Counted from the whole stretch's first letter, positions 49,471 through 62,214 are shown. The stretch: 63,249 nucleotides of DNA, filler included, from Rhabdomonas costata (GCA_019059605.1; 48 parts of 48 records of this genome joined end to end with filler, not necessarily neighbours in it), one strand, 5' to 3'. The notes: a model not told the origin generated them from the letters alone. Numbers and translations: made by a program.

Positions 49471-50170
49471 GTGTGTATGTGTGTGTTTTCGGTGCCTGAC
49501 AGTTTCTAGCTCAGCATTGATGCGTGGGTGTCCCCTCGCTCTGCAGAGCAGTGTTCCTGAATGAAGAGGAGAGGAGGGAGAGGAGTTCCAACCGAAGTCA
49601 AATTTCGGAGGGTATTCCTGTTTGCGTGCCTTTTATGGCTCGAAAATACGGCATTGGTGAGCAGGAAAGACACTCAAGAAAGACAATCACCTTGCGTGCA
49701 CGGCACTTTGCGCTTGCTGGTGGCAGCCACCTTTTCTAGCTGGGCCTTAATCTTGGAATGGGATCACACCACACACCACGCCCTTATTTTTGAGCCTCCC
49801 TCTGCAGTGCAGTTCTTCAGCTAGCCTTTCACTCTCGGCCAGAATTTTCAGACAGAGCGAGAGATTGCGGTTGAGGAAGTTCTTATCGGGTTCGTGAGGT
49901 CCCGCGGTTGGCTTTCTGAGGTCCTGGCCATTGTTTGGAGAGGTGGTGGTGGTGTCCGCACATACGCTCACTCACCCACAAAAGCATGAGATTATGACCT
50001 CAGCGTGTGAACGGCACAGAGGAGGAGACCCGAAGAAAGATTAACAATCAAAATATATTTTGATTTNNNNNNNNNNNNNNNNNNNNNNNNNNNNNNNNNN
50101 NNNNNNNNNNTTAATTAATTAANNNNNNNNNNNNNNNNNNNNNNNNNNNNNNNNNNNNNNNNNNNNGGGG

Positions 50171-51062
50171 GTGGTGGGAGGCTTCTCCCAGGGCGCCGCA
50201 CTGAGCCTCCGTACGGCGATTGAGCAGAGGGCGTTGCTGGCCGGGGCCTTCGCGATGGGGGGCTACCTGCCCGGGGAGTGCCTCCCTGGTCCCCCTCCGG
50301 CCAGCCCCCCGGTGTGAGTGCCAGCGTAGCGTGCTTGTGTGCCTGCTAGGAAAGAGATATCGCCGTCAGCGACAGCGCGCCGTAGCCATGCCAGACGCAA
50401 AGACGCAAGGCTATTAGAAGAAGTGGATGCTCGCGGGAAGGTCACCCTGGTGGCATCAGTTTCTGTGCGTCTTTGTGCGCGTTGAGTTGAGTGTCAAAAA
50501 CCTACTGTGCCGTTGGAGGTAATTGGTAATTGGATTGGGACACCCAAGGATGCTCTAAATTTCGCATAAAGCACAAAACAATGGGCAGCGAAGACACAAG
50601 ACAATTAGAGGGATGGGGCAGTGAAGAGGTCGTAAGGGACGTGAAGACTGACCGCAGGAAAAGCAGGAAATCATCATCTCTTCAGATGGGGTCTCTGCTC
50701 GGTGATGGTTTCCTGGTGAATTCCATTTCATATCAGTACCTCGAGTTTGGTGTATCCTCCTGCACCGTTCATCATACATGTCACTTGTTATCCCTTCCAG
50801 CTTCGGAAAAGCCAGGTCCATGGCTGAGTTTGCTCACTGCATTGCTACTCAGGCCACTCCTCTTCCTGTGCTGGTCTGCCATGGCACGGACGATGCCATT
50901 GTGGAACACAAGTTTGGCGTGTTGGCCGCTGAGGCGCTGCGTGCCCGCGGCGAGGCCGTGGAGCTGAAGTCGTACCCCGACCTGGGGCACTGGACCAGCT
51001 TGTCTGAGCTGCGGGATGTACAGGCTTGGTTGGAAGGGGTTATCCGAAGGCCCAAGGCGTAA
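50171..51062 (+). CDS. Phospholipase/carboxylesterase (acyl-protein thioesterase-like), 3' partial; exons 50171-50311 and 50853-51062
   Basis: Catalytic triad motifs VVGGFSQGAALSL, VLVCHGTDDAIV and YPDLGHWTS. Phase-0 GT-AG intron. Confidence 0.92.
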
Positions 51063-51296
51063 CGTGCGGCGCTTTCTGTTCCTCAAAGAGTCATGAAGCT
51101 TCCTTCAGCGACCGTGGCACTTGTGGTATCGCAGAGCACTGTGGTTGCACTCTTGTGATAATTCGCCCCAATCGACCCTGGAGAGGGTAACCAGTTACCA
51201 GTGGTAACAGAAAACATATCAAAAATGTTCTATTTTAGCAATTTAACTGATTCAAGCACCTTCGAAATGACTTTATTTTAATGTAAGTTAGATGAC

Positions 51297-51381
51297 TTGT
51301 GTCACTGTTCCATAGGTGAGTACTCTTGGTTTGCACTGTCAAACATGATGTTTAGGACTAGCCCATGGAACAGTGACACAA
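51297..51381. repeat. 17-bp perfect inverted repeat at contig end
   Basis: ttgtgtcactgttccat (51297-51313) pairs with atggaacagtgacacaa (51365-51381). Confidence 0.85.
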
Positions 51382-51578
51382 ACCCNNNNNNNNNNNNNNN
51401 NNNNNNNNNNNNNNNNNNNNNNNNNNNNNTTAATTAATTAANNNNNNNNNNNNNNNNNNNNNNNNNNNNNNNNNNNNNNNNNNNNATCCCTATTTTACGA
51501 TTTTTTGTTTTGCATTTTGCTTCGGAATCTCGGAATGGTGCGTGCAAGTGTTGTACTTCTATATCGTGGATCTAACAG

Positions 51579-52250
51579 GAGCAGCTCAAGGAGCTGAAGA
51601 AGTTGGCCAAGATGGAGACCGAGGCCTTCTACGCGCAGAGTAGGCCGTCCCCTGTTCCAGCGGAGCAAACTGTTCAGCCGGTGCGTGCCTGCGATGAGCA
51701 TTGTGGCCAAGGATTTGGATTTCTCGCATCTTTTGGTTGTGATGTGGTGGTCTCGTGCTCTCTCTCTCTCATACAGGTGGCGCAGCCCTTCTTGCAGCTC
51801 AACCCCTTCGCCATTGAGCGGTGTGAGTGGATTTTGTTTTCCTCCGCGTGTGTCGGCTTGATTGACACCACCCATTTGTGACCCACCACTGTTAACAATC
51901 CAGTGGGGTCTAGTTTTTAGCCAACGATGTTTGGGGTTTTTCAGAGCCGTGTGGTTGGCTTCTTTTTTGGATGTTTTTTGTTTCAAGGAAGTGAGATAGG
52001 GTCGCCCGAAAGGAGGGAAGGATGCAGATAGTGAGGTGTTATTGTCCCCTGGAGGGGAGGGGACGCGGACTTTTCGTGTTCAATGTTCAGATAGGTGGGC
52101 TGACAATGCAGAAACTGTCAAGTTGTTGTATGCTTGGTTTTTGGTATGCTCAGGTCGCAGCTTCTTGTGCATTTGGAACGGATGAAGCTGCACCTGCTGA
52201 GCATGCGGGGGGTACTTGGGACTTCCAACACAGGCGAGCTCTTCTCCGAG
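51579..52250 (+). CDS. Hypothetical protein, three internal exons (51579-51680, 51777-51820, 52154-52250)
   Basis: All junctions are GT-AG and phase-compatible: EQLKELKKLAKMETEAFYAQ...VQP|VAQPFLQLNPFAIER|SQLLVHLERMKLHLL. Confidence 0.6.
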
Positions 52251-52906
52251 GTTTGTGGCCGAATTGGCTTCTTTGAGGGCGAAATGCAGGCCTTCTTTTC
52301 TTTCCCTCAAAATCTCTTGCTCAGATTTCGGGATCGTCCCTTCTGATCCCAGCGGGCTGGGCTGCTCGTCCGCATTTCCTGTCAAAGCCGCAAGCCAACA
52401 AAAATCATGCGAACTTGTGTTTCCGCCAACTTTGACAGCGGTTGCCCCCCACAATAGCTCAAACCTCTTCCTCAGATGTGATGACGCACTCGCTTTCCCC
52501 GAAAAGGTGCCGCCAACGGGAGGAGCCCGCTCAGCGAGCTGGAACTTCTGCGAGCTGTTTCTATTCCATGTCCTCCGCACAGTCAAAACTGACGTTACAG
52601 ACCAACCAGCAGACTGTGCTTGCGAGGGACCACCAGGACCAGGACCAAGACATGAGTTTTATATCACTCAGCGCTCCAACACCACCCCAAATACACCCAT
52701 CACANNNNNNNNNNNNNNNNNNNNNNNNNNNNNNNNNNNNNNNNNNNNTTAATTAATTAANNNNNNNNNNNNNNNNNNNNNNNNNNNNNNNNNNNNNNNN
52801 NNNNAGAAGAAAGACCCTAAAACTGTTAAAATCAGTACAACAGAACAAGATAAGACATTACATTTTCAATGATTCATGAAAATAAAAGTGTGAGTTTATT
52901 AATATA

Positions 52907-53158
52907 ATGGATCAAAACAATAAGAAAAAAAGAAAATATAGTGATATCGTCAGTCAGTTACATGCGGTTGAATTGAACATAAGACCTGTTGATTACCTAC
53001 CTTGTGTTATTTGTCAGAAAAAAGTTTACGATTACAGAATATTTGATAATAAAGATCTTGTAACATGCAGTTATGATTGTTCAGCATTACTTGCATTATC
53101 TAAAAAAGAAGGTTTCTTACATGAAAATGATAAAAGAAGATCATCATTTTTTGATTAA
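52907..53158 (+). CDS. Small Zn-ribbon protein (CxxC...CSxxC), viral-like
   Basis: LPCVICQKKVY...VTCSYDC in an AT-rich intronless contig, with an ATATAATG start context. Confidence 0.65.
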   Translation: MDQNNKKKRKYSDIVSQLHAVELNIRPVDYLPCVICQKKVYDYRIFDNKDLVTCSYDCSALLALSKKEGFLHENDKRRSSFFD

Positions 53159-53161
53159 TTG

Positions 53162-53181
53162 AAAGATGTTTAAACATCTTT
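53162..53181. terminator. 20-bp palindrome between convergent genes (candidate bidirectional hairpin 3'-end signal)
   Basis: aaagatgtttaaacatcttt fills most of the 26-bp gap between two TAA stops. Confidence 0.65.
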
Positions 53182-53184
53182 GAA

Positions 53185-53943
53185 TTATGATACAGTATAA
53201 AATTCAAAGCACATATTAGGATCCAGAGCATATTCATATTTCATTCTAAAATACCCATCATTTGCAAAAGTAGAACCATGACTATTTAATATTTCAAATG
53301 TTTGTGTTTCGTCATCATATCCAGTGATCACAACAGCATGTCCGCCGAGCAAATCATCGTTTTTATCGGGTAAGTTTAATATATCATTCTCTTTTGTTAA
53401 TCTAAAGAAATTTGTATATACCATCATTCCAAATAAAACAGGTTGATGTAAATGGCCTATTATGTACTTAATTGCATATTTAGATGGTAAAATTTGTTTG
53501 TAACTGGCTATCGGGCATTTATTTATGGTGATTGCTTCTTCAAAGACCTCTTTTGGTGGTATGCTGTTAACTTTTTCAATTTCATAAGGATACTTTATCT
53601 CATCAATAATGTGATAATCATTTAAACTAGTAAAAATAGCTTTTAATGTCGCGCCGTGGTCTTCGACTGGAAGCATTCGGTTATTATCAACATATCTCGT
53701 GGTAAAATATAGATATAGACGACTAATATTACATTGAACTTTATCAGATATTTTTTAAAAGTTTGCGGTTGCATTTGCACTGCATGCATTCAGTGAAAGT
53801 TGATCATAAACTTGTGTTACTTTGTCCTTTAAACTGTACTTTGAAGGTAACTCTACCATTCCTTCGCAACATATTGAAACTCTCCTGTCTATTGGCTCAG
53901 GTTTAGAACGTTTTAAACCAAAATATAACTTCTTTTCAGTCAT
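53185..53943 (-). pseudogene. Papain-family (C1A) cysteine peptidase interrupted by one in-frame TAA at 53755-53757
   Basis: LPSKYSL...VYDQLSLNACSANATANF*KISDKVQCNISRLYLYF...DHGAT...GGHAVVITGYDD...ILNSHG...DGYF. The two listed ORFs are in the same frame, and the catalytic Q, C, H and N residues are all present. Confidence 0.88.
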
Positions 53944-54699
53944 TTCTTATAAATACATAAGAAAATTTTATTGCGACCAATAAGTAGTTATAAATAAAGA
54001 TGCTATTGAGAAAATCANNNNNNNNNNNNNNNNNNNNNNNNNNNNNNNNNNNNNNNNNNNNTTAATTAATTAANNNNNNNNNNNNNNNNNNNNNNNNNNN
54101 NNNNNNNNNNNNNNNNNGGGTGGTTTTTTTACTCAAGGTGCGCAGTGCTGTGCACCAGTTGGTGGATGCGCTTGTATCCATTGCGAGTGGGCGGCTCAAG
54201 AGATAGCAATGATTCAGCTACCAAATATCAATGTGGCGATGGAATATGAGAACCTGAATGTGCTGTTTCTGTTGCTGCTACATGGGCTTTGGAATACTGT
54301 CGTCGTAAATTGCCTGTAGTTGGCACACAGCCTCGAAAAGAAGAGTATGGTCGCTGGGTGGAGAGTGGAGCAATGAGCTGCTTTCCGCTTCCTGGTTGTT
54401 TTTTGATCGATTTTCGACTGTAATAACTCAGGGGTATTTCAGGACGGCAATCATGTGGCAGTCTCTTTGCACTGGTATAGCCACTGCCTCCGGGTGAATT
54501 CTAAAGGGGTCTTCAGAGACGCAGTCATTTCTATGTTATGCTAGACGGGGAGACTCAGAGGTGATGCCGAAGACGTACCGGATGTAATATCTCGAATTAC
54601 CAAAACTCTGATGAAGCCGCTGTCCACACCCGAGCCTATAGCCAGTGCTTTCCGCTTCGGGTCGTGTCGACCTTTTCACTGAGACTGATGGAGCCAATT

Positions 54700-55322
54700 C
54701 CAGACTTTGGGGAACCATGCTCAAATTTCCTTGATTCAAATGTCTATTGAGTGTCTCCGGTAGGAAGCGACTACACACCGACTAACGAGTCTCCTATGAT
54801 AGCCTCTCCAGATGACGTTGATAAATAGTGTGGCCTCCGAGTCTTTGAAGTCTTTCATGTGCAAACATGTTTCTTGGCAGTGAAACAGCCGATCCACCAA
54901 CAAACCACAGAGCACCGAGTTCATGGTACCGAACAATATGGTTAAAGGAAGCATCCTCTCGATCGTAGACGGTGGTGTGGAATTGTCTAAGTTGACACCC
55001 AGGTACGCCACCGAGCCCACTTCTCCGGTGACATTGTAGTCCATGCCATAATCTTCCGGTGTTGGAAGAGGCACACCTGCCGTGTACATGTCGTTGATGT
55101 ACCTGGAGACGGCGTCCGACATTCGATGTTCCTAGAGTGTAGGCGTGCTTCTTTTCCACTGGATAACAAGCCACGTTGGCGATTTGAGGAGCGACTGGCA
55201 TACCCATTGGCATCCACATTAAATTTGGCGGCGTACCAGGCCTCCGTTGTACGTGTAGTTGTTGGTGATGAGGAACGCCAGAAGTTCTCCAACACGCTCT
55301 TTGGTGAAGTCATTCCCAGCTA
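54700..55322 (-). mobile_element. Penelope-like retroelement RT fragment, second copy (frameshifted; YIND in place of YIDD)
   Basis: MPMGMPVAPQIANVACYPVEK / AVSRYINDMYTAGVPLPTPEDYGMDY...VAYLGV / FHTTVYDRED...IVRY / thumb ending WRGY. Clearly homologous to 8061-8578. Confidence 0.85.
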
Positions 55323-55436
55323 AAATAAACCACCCCNNNNNNNNNNNNNNNNNNNNNNNNNNNNNNNNNNNNNNNNNNNNTTAATTAATTAANNNNNNNN
55401 NNNNNNNNNNNNNNNNNNNNNNNNNNNNNNNNNNNN

Positions 55437-56220
55437 GGTGTGGATTTGGGTTTGGGTTTGGGGTCGTGAGTCGGGGTTGTTGGATTGGCATCTTGGGTTG
55501 GGAGTCGGAATTCTGAGTTGGGGTTCTGAGTTCAGTGTGGGGGTTTGGATTCGGAGTTCAGGTGTCAGGTGTGGAGTTGGGTGCTGGGTGGGTGTGGAGG
55601 GTGTGGTGGATTACGGCGTCACGTTGGAGGGTCTGGTTTGGGATGGGTTCATGGGTTCGGTGTGAAGGGTTCGGTGTCGGTGGGTAGGGTTATGGGATGA
55701 GGTTTCGAGTCTGATGGTCAAGGTTGCGAGTCTGAGAGTCACGGTCTGAGTTTCGAGTTTCTGTGTTCATGATGGTGCATGGTGGTGATTCTGGGCTCAG
55801 GATGTGGGTGAAGGTCGTGGGGTTTGTTTGTTAAAAGTTGGAATTGGAATTGGAGTTGGCATCGGAGTTGGCATCGGAGTTGGTTATGGAGTTGGGTCTT
55901 GGCATTTTTCCATCTTTGGAGGTTGGGTTCATGTCTTGGGTTTTTGTCTGGGTTCGGAGCCGCGTGTCGTGTTCACAGAAATCCCCCGGGATCTCCAAGG
56001 TGGCACGCGGTTCATATTTGCGTGTTGGGATCGGTCTTCCTGGGATCAGTCATGGCCTTTAGTTGTGTTGGTGTTCGCATTGTGGTGATGGCTTTCCGTG
56101 CTTGGGGTTCTCTTCGAAGTCCGCATACTTGGGTTTGCATTCGTGGTTGTTGGATGCTATGAAAGTGCCAACACCGGTATTCGCATTCTGGGTTCTGGGT
56201 TCGTAGTTGGGGTTTGGGGC
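55437..56220 (+). repeat. G/T-skewed low-complexity tract of degenerate hexamers (GGGTTT/GGAGTT/GGGTTC)
   Basis: Strong strand skew with local tandem GGAGTTGGCATC and GGAATT units. Similar C/A-skewed tracts occur at ~960-1221 and ~26920-27629. Confidence 0.7.
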
Positions 56221-58283
56221 TTGCACGCGCCGTGAAGAAAGTTTCATCGATAGCCGCCAAGATGGCCCGAAGCGCGCGCAAAGACCTAATGTGATGAAGT
56301 TAGCCTTCATCCGTGCATCGTTGAAACCCAACCTTGATTTTCGTCGCGGGCTTGACTTCGAAGGCGGGGAGATGAACGAATGAGAACGGAGGGACACGTA
56401 CATAACAGGAACAGGAGCGTGACGAAGTGAAGCGGGCGTGGCCAATGTGAACGGGTGACTGTCGCCGCCTTAAGCGGTGAAGAAGGGAAGAAGAATCTGG
56501 CATGTTGGTGGCCTCGTGTTCATTTTCCTGCCATCAGGCTTTACCTTCGGTCACGTTCGTGGAAGGCATGTTCCGCCCCCATTATGGTCGTCACGCGCGC
56601 TCCTTGCTTTGCAACGTCGCTCCAGTTCCTCCCGATCTTGTTCGACACACACACCNNNNNNNNNNNNNNNNNNNNNNNNNNNNNNNNNNNNNNNNNNNNT
56701 TAATTAATTAANNNNNNNNNNNNNNNNNNNNNNNNNNNNNNNNNNNNNNNNNNNNGTGGTGGGTGTGTTTGGGGGTGGTTTTCTTGGAGCCCAAGGCCAG
56801 GATTGGGGTGCGCCACAGTGGCGGGGTAGCCGCCCCCACCATAGCCATTGGGGACTGTGAGCCGCTGCCATGCCCAATGGTGGACGGCGAATTAGCTCCC
56901 GTCGCCCCAAATTGCCCCGACGTGGTGCGGAGTGACGGCCCTGGCTTTTTAATGTAGTACGTCCTTTTTTTCGGTGTATTTGTTTATTTTTATTCACTTT
57001 TCCTTCTTGCAGATTTTCGTGCTGATTTTTTCAATTACGCAATTCTTGAATGGCTGCAATGCCGGAAATGGTTTTCAGGGTTCAGGTGAATAACCCGTGT
57101 GTGCCCTTGCTCCGCGTCGTTTGGTGGCGGGGACGGAGGGGCCGCTCCACCTGCGTGCGTACTCAGATTGTCCTTGCTGCGTTCAGTGCTCGTTTCTGTA
57201 GAATTCCTTTTCCATTCTAAACATTTTTCCTGCCTGGAAACGAAGAGCGCGGTTTCGTTTCGAGCCCGTAACCGCTGTAATCACCCCTCTTCTTTGCCTC
57301 TACGTGCCCGCTGGTAGTTCTCTTTTGCGGTTACTTATCTCTTTTTGAACCTTGCGCTGTATGCTTGGGAAACCCTTGCTTCGGATTCTTCCAGATTATG
57401 CGCTCCGTTGGGGTAGGCTGGTGCCATCTCAAACTGGCAGCATGGCTGGTGTACGGTGGGCGGGCCGAGTTTCTGGGGGCTGAAGTGTTACCTTCCCTTT
57501 AGGCCTTTTAAAGACTGCCAGCAAGTGGTAATAGCAATATGCAGTCGCACAATTAACAATGGACTGCTACTGCACACAAAATTTTTCCAGTGCTCGAGCT
57601 TTACTGGACGTTTCCTCGTGCTGTACAGTGGCTGCCATATACGGTCGGTGCTAATTTAAACGCAACGCCACAAAAAGGGGAAATCGTGTTGCATTGCGTT
57701 GCGTTTTGCGATATAAGTGGAAACGTATGACGGACGACGGACATCACCTCCATTGTTTTCTGCGTACATAAGAAACCCGTTTTTCAACGGGTGTTGGACG
57801 GATCAGTACTGACACTATTAATGTCCATCGTGTGAAAACTAGTTGCGCGGTTGATGATTGGGTTTTCTAGTGGCTGAATGTGTGACTTACACCGCTGGTA
57901 ATGGAAGGGAAATGACGCGCAGGATGGGTCACGCGCCACTCTTTTTGTGCGACGTTGCCATATGCTTCATCCACNNNNNNNNNNNNNNNNNNNNNNNNNN
58001 NNNNNNNNNNNNNNNNNNTTAATTAATTAANNNNNNNNNNNNNNNNNNNNNNNNNNNNNNNNNNNNNNNNNNNNGGTTGGTGGGCCATCAGGTGCGTGTG
58101 TGTGTTGTTGACAGATGTGAAGATATAAAACGGCTGTGAGAGACACCCGAAGTGCTTTGGGGACGGGCAAAACGTCAGTTTTCTCTTAACAATCCTCCCC
58201 AGCCCAACATCACTTGGTGCATTTGTGCGTAAATTTCAGGAACCCTCCGAGGGATTCTGGAAAGAGGTGCAGCGAACACATAC

Positions 58284-58991
58284 CCGGTTGGGGTCCTCCA
58301 CGTCCAGGTCGACTTCCACAGAAGCGGTGTCCTCCGTGGTGTTCACCGCAGTGCCCCCCAGAAGCACTGGGATGTTGGGCTGGAAGGAGACGTCCACTGT
58401 GACGGTGCCCTGGGCGCTCAGTGGGACCGCGTCAGATTTGAACACCGGGACCTCCGTGATAGTGTACTGAGAGCAACATTCCGCAAACATCCACCGTGCA
58501 CAAATCATTCTTGCACAAAATAAGTAAACGAGCCAGAGCAGCTTCTGAGGCAGGACAGCCGCCGAGGCGCGCAAATATGCCCTCTCTCTCTGCTCAAGCA
58601 CAAGAAGAGCAACAGTGCGCTGCGGAAGTTAAGATACAGCCCGACAAGACACAGCCAACGTCCCGTCTGGAAAGCAGTCAGATGGAGATGCTAATGCATG
58701 CAGCGCGCTGAGCGTGTTTACCAGATCACCACACTGTGAACATTTTGCAGCATATGCCAGAAAGCCGAAACAAGTCTTAGCTGCCTTCGAGAGCTGGGCG
58801 TAATTCCGACACCAAAGTCGAGGAGGAGAACAGAGAAAAAGACAAGAGAGGCAGAAAACCTGAAAGACAGCGTAGGTGTTGCCCCAGTCCACCCCAACAG
58901 ATTGGAAGTACATCGCACATCCCGCGCTGGTGAGCACAGTCCCCGCGGCGGTTATTGGGACGGCTGCAATGCCCCGGTGAACATCCGAATC
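58284..58991 (-). CDS. Cadherin-like/Ig-like repeat surface protein, exons 58991-58860 and 58466-58284
   Basis: Phase-0 GT-AG exons. YTITE...GTVTVDVSFQPNIPVLLGGTAVNTTEDTASVEVDLDVEDPN fits the cadherin-like N.P....T.ED.......D.D pattern. Confidence 0.6.
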
Positions 58992-60711
58992 CTGCAGCAG
59001 CAGGCTCCCTGAATGAAAGGCATCATCAGTGGGGTCGCTCTGCTGTCTGCCAATAAGGTACAGCAACCACATAACAGATCCAAACTTATGTACAAAACCT
59101 ATACCCCATTTGCTTTGTTTATCCTTGACTTGCTTGGCTATGTTTTTCCTTTGTCTCGCTCCCCTGGAATTTAGCATTTCCTTCCAGTAACCCCGCCTTT
59201 GCTGCTGTGCGTTGCTTTTTTTTTTTTGCTGTGTGCTGTACACCTGACATTATCGACGCTGCAAGACTGAAGACATACCGCCCGGATAACAANNNNNNNN
59301 NNNNNNNNNNNNNNNNNNNNNNNNNNNNNNNNNNNNTTAATTAATTAANNNNNNNNNNNNNNNNNNNNNNNNNNNNNNNNNNNNNNNNNNNNTTGTTTTG
59401 TGACTTGATTTTGAGGTCTTTGATGTCTTGATGTCTGGACGCCGTGTGAATGTGTGAATGCAGTAGTTTTGTGTTGGAGTAGGTGGGGGGGCGATGCCAT
59501 ACACAGGTCCTGGTGGTCCCCGCATCGTTCGTCGCGGATTGCCTGGAAACTACAATGGAGCTGGGACATGAGTACCGTGAGGTTCATCTCGCCCATGGCG
59601 GGAAGGGTCGGGCTGGGCCTGCCCGGTCGTTTGACGTTGTGCCGTGCCCAAACAGCTCGGCGGCTTTAGTCCGATGCATTGCGGAACTTGTGCGGAGGCA
59701 GGTACCACCTTAAGGTTATATTGACACGTTATAGTAGCACGGCTATGCTTTCGTCCGAACATGCGCTGCATGGTGCGCGGTCAAGCCTCGGCTTTTTCTG
59801 CAAGGGGCGCTTCACCTTCCCAGGATTCGATGACTCGGTAGCTTCCCCTTCCCCCTTCCCTATGGCTTTCAATTCAGAATCAACTCCGGTGGAAGAACGG
59901 AAACGGTGGTGAAGGTTATTTGTCATATGTCATGGCATCAATGCATCACCACCAGGGCTCAAGCGGTTGGGTGAAGGCTCGATGGATGGCGGTTCATGGT
60001 TATGTGAATATGGAATCTATTTCTTGAGCAAACAATCGAACTTGAGATTGGCCTGATGCACCGGCTCTTCTCGCTCTCTCTGGTTGAATTGCCAGTGCTC
60101 TCAGGGCTGGACGTGGGATGGGGACTGCCCCAATCTCTGACACCAAGCTATGGGGGTGTAGAGTCAAAAAAGTCACCTCTAATGCTAAATCGGAATGTGG
60201 TGGGTCGCAATTTCTGGTTTCGGCATATTTGCGACATCGCAGGAGCGTGCTCTCTTTCCCCTTGTTCTCTTTTGAATGGAGGCGGTGGACGCACTTGGCA
60301 GAGCAGCACCTCCGGCCTTTGCTTCTGGGACTATTGTGGCAATTCTGGATTTTGACGATGACCCTGAGTTGTACAGCCGCCACCTTCCTCCTGACATTCA
60401 GGTGCAGTATATAAGGCCTGCCAGTGCCCCACCTTCGCCGGGCCAATGTTTGGTTACTATCGAAATTTTCAGTCATCTAGGCCCGAATGAATGCACACAG
60501 TGGTGAACAGAGAAGCAGACTCTGACATACACCTTGATCTTGCCGTTCCAGAAAACAAGCAGCCTGTGGTTCTTGGAAGGGACGCGATGATGGATGGGCA
60601 AAAAAAAGGACNNNNNNNNNNNNNNNNNNNNNNNNNNNNNNNNNNNNNNNNNNNNTTAATTAATTAANNNNNNNNNNNNNNNNNNNNNNNNNNNNNNNNN
60701 NNNNNNNNNNN

Positions 60712-61570
60712 CACGGCGAAGGGGGCCACCCAGAGCAACCCCAGGTGGATCCCCAGAAGAGCCCTCGCCCTGCCGCTGAAGGGGGCAGCTCGATCCTGCC
60801 CGAGAAGGCGGCTACACCACCGCAGGACCGAGGGGCCCAGGCCGAGTACGGCCCAGGCGAGCCCGGTTAGGGTGAGGGCTATGGTGAGGAGGGATTCCGG
60901 AATAGCCGCCAGCATCATGACCTGGCTGGGAAGAGATCCCCGCAGGGGCTCGGCAGCGGAGGCCGAGAGGGCAAAGCGGTGGTGGACCCGAGTCACCTGC
61001 CCATCGACTTGCGTGGCCTCAACCTCCAGGAGGTGGACGGCCGAGAGGAGCTCCGACCATGGCGAGTTGGGCTGAACATGCACATGAACATGTATCCTCA
61101 TGCATATACATGCCGAACACAACACGCCCAACAGGGGAAATGGCACCAAGCTGGTAGATGCGGTGGGAGGCTCAACAAGATGCATAGCATCTTCTATCGT
61201 GAAGGAACTTGCGGACTAGCCAACAGACAACTTCACTGGTGACAAGCCGGTCTGCAGACCACAGTAAATTACCAAGCCAATTTGCCGCCATGCTGTCACG
61301 GATGGAAATCCTCACTCCGTTCTCGATGTGGAGCATGCTGGAGATGGAGGAGAAGCAAGGGTTTGAGACTGGGGAGGCAACTCACTTCCTACCATCCACG
61401 TGGTAGTTAGGAAGGGTACAGGAGAGCTTCTGGGCCCGCTGACAGCCTCGCGGAGCTCGGGGCTGGGCACGGGCAGGCCGTCTACCCATACCGCCACTGT
61501 GGCCAGGGCAGAGGAGTTGAAAACCAGCACGCGGATCGGCAAGGCAATCCCGCCGGGCCTGCCCTTCTTC
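60712..61570 (-). CDS. TMEM62-like membrane metallophosphoesterase, Ig-like domain and first TM helices (partial); exons ~61570-61393 and 61071-60712
   Basis: IRVLVFNSSALATVAVWVDG...PFLTTTWM|P...VHLLEVEATQVDGQVTRVHHRF followed by hydrophobic helices. GT-AG intron. Confidence 0.5.
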
Positions 61571-62056
61571 ACTAGGGGAGTGGTGGCGGAAGGAGGGACC
61601 AAATACCACCTACACTTATCAATTGTGCCTTGGTATACCAATACAACGAGTATCGAATATGCACGATGGTCACTACACCTACTTGGATTGCCGACGGTCC
61701 AGCATTCTTCCAAAAATAGGGTCCAAACCCGGCTTGCAAGACTCGAAATAGAATTACCTGTCAACAGGTGATGTCAGGTGCCTCCAAAATTTGGTCACTG
61801 ATTAAGAATTAAGTACCACAAAAGTCGACCCATGATATGATCTGGGGATGAGGTATGGCAAGCGGAAATTGACTCTGGTCTTTTTTTCCCGTTAGGAGGG
61901 TAAAAAGGCAAATCCAAAAGCAATCAAAAANNNNNNNNNNNNNNNNNNNNNNNNNNNNNNNNNNNNNNNNNNNNTTAATTAATTAANNNNNNNNNNNNNN
62001 NNNNNNNNNNNNNNNNNNNNNNNNNNNNNNGGTTGTTGTTTGGCGAGCGCACAAAC

Positions 62057-62214
62057 CTCAGTGATCCAGACCACAAAGCCGCCGCTGTGGGGCATCAGCG
62101 TGGCCAGCTCGGCCGTGACCAGGGCCACGGGGATGCTGTACAGCAGGGGCCCCACCACCAAGCAGGCCAGGAAGACCACCCCGGGGGGCGCCGCCAGCAA
62201 AAGGGTCTCATTCC
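62057..62214 (-). CDS. APC-superfamily amino acid/polyamine permease (PUT/RMV1-like), internal exon
   Basis: GNETLLLAAPP...PLLYSIPVALVTAELATLMPHSGGFVVWITE, bounded by AG and GT. Confidence 0.85.

Noticed and set aside
53755-53757. Ciliate-type genetic code (TAA = Gln)
   Set aside because: Both genes on this contig terminate at TAA at sensible positions, and only one internal stop is present, at a homopolymer junction.
2642-54017. Gene clusters or operons spanning neighbouring contigs (for example viral ORFs beside the methyltransferase or RT)
   Set aside because: The contigs are near-equal in length and appear size-sorted and concatenated, so adjacency is not evidence of linkage.
54480-54530. 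Hammerhead ribozyme downstream of the PLE RT (CTGAAGA on the minus strand)
   Set aside because: No stem II followed by GAAA could be formed.
56225-56275. Merlin first catalytic motif (minus strand ILAAIDETFFT)
   Set aside because: An isolated short match with no KRK/GR continuation or other supporting motifs.
1222-62030. Regularly spaced TTAATTAATTAA repeats as a biological array
   Set aside because: Always embedded in fixed-length N runs, so it is a synthetic stop-codon linker. ORFs ending in XXX-LIN or XXX-N are artefacts of it.
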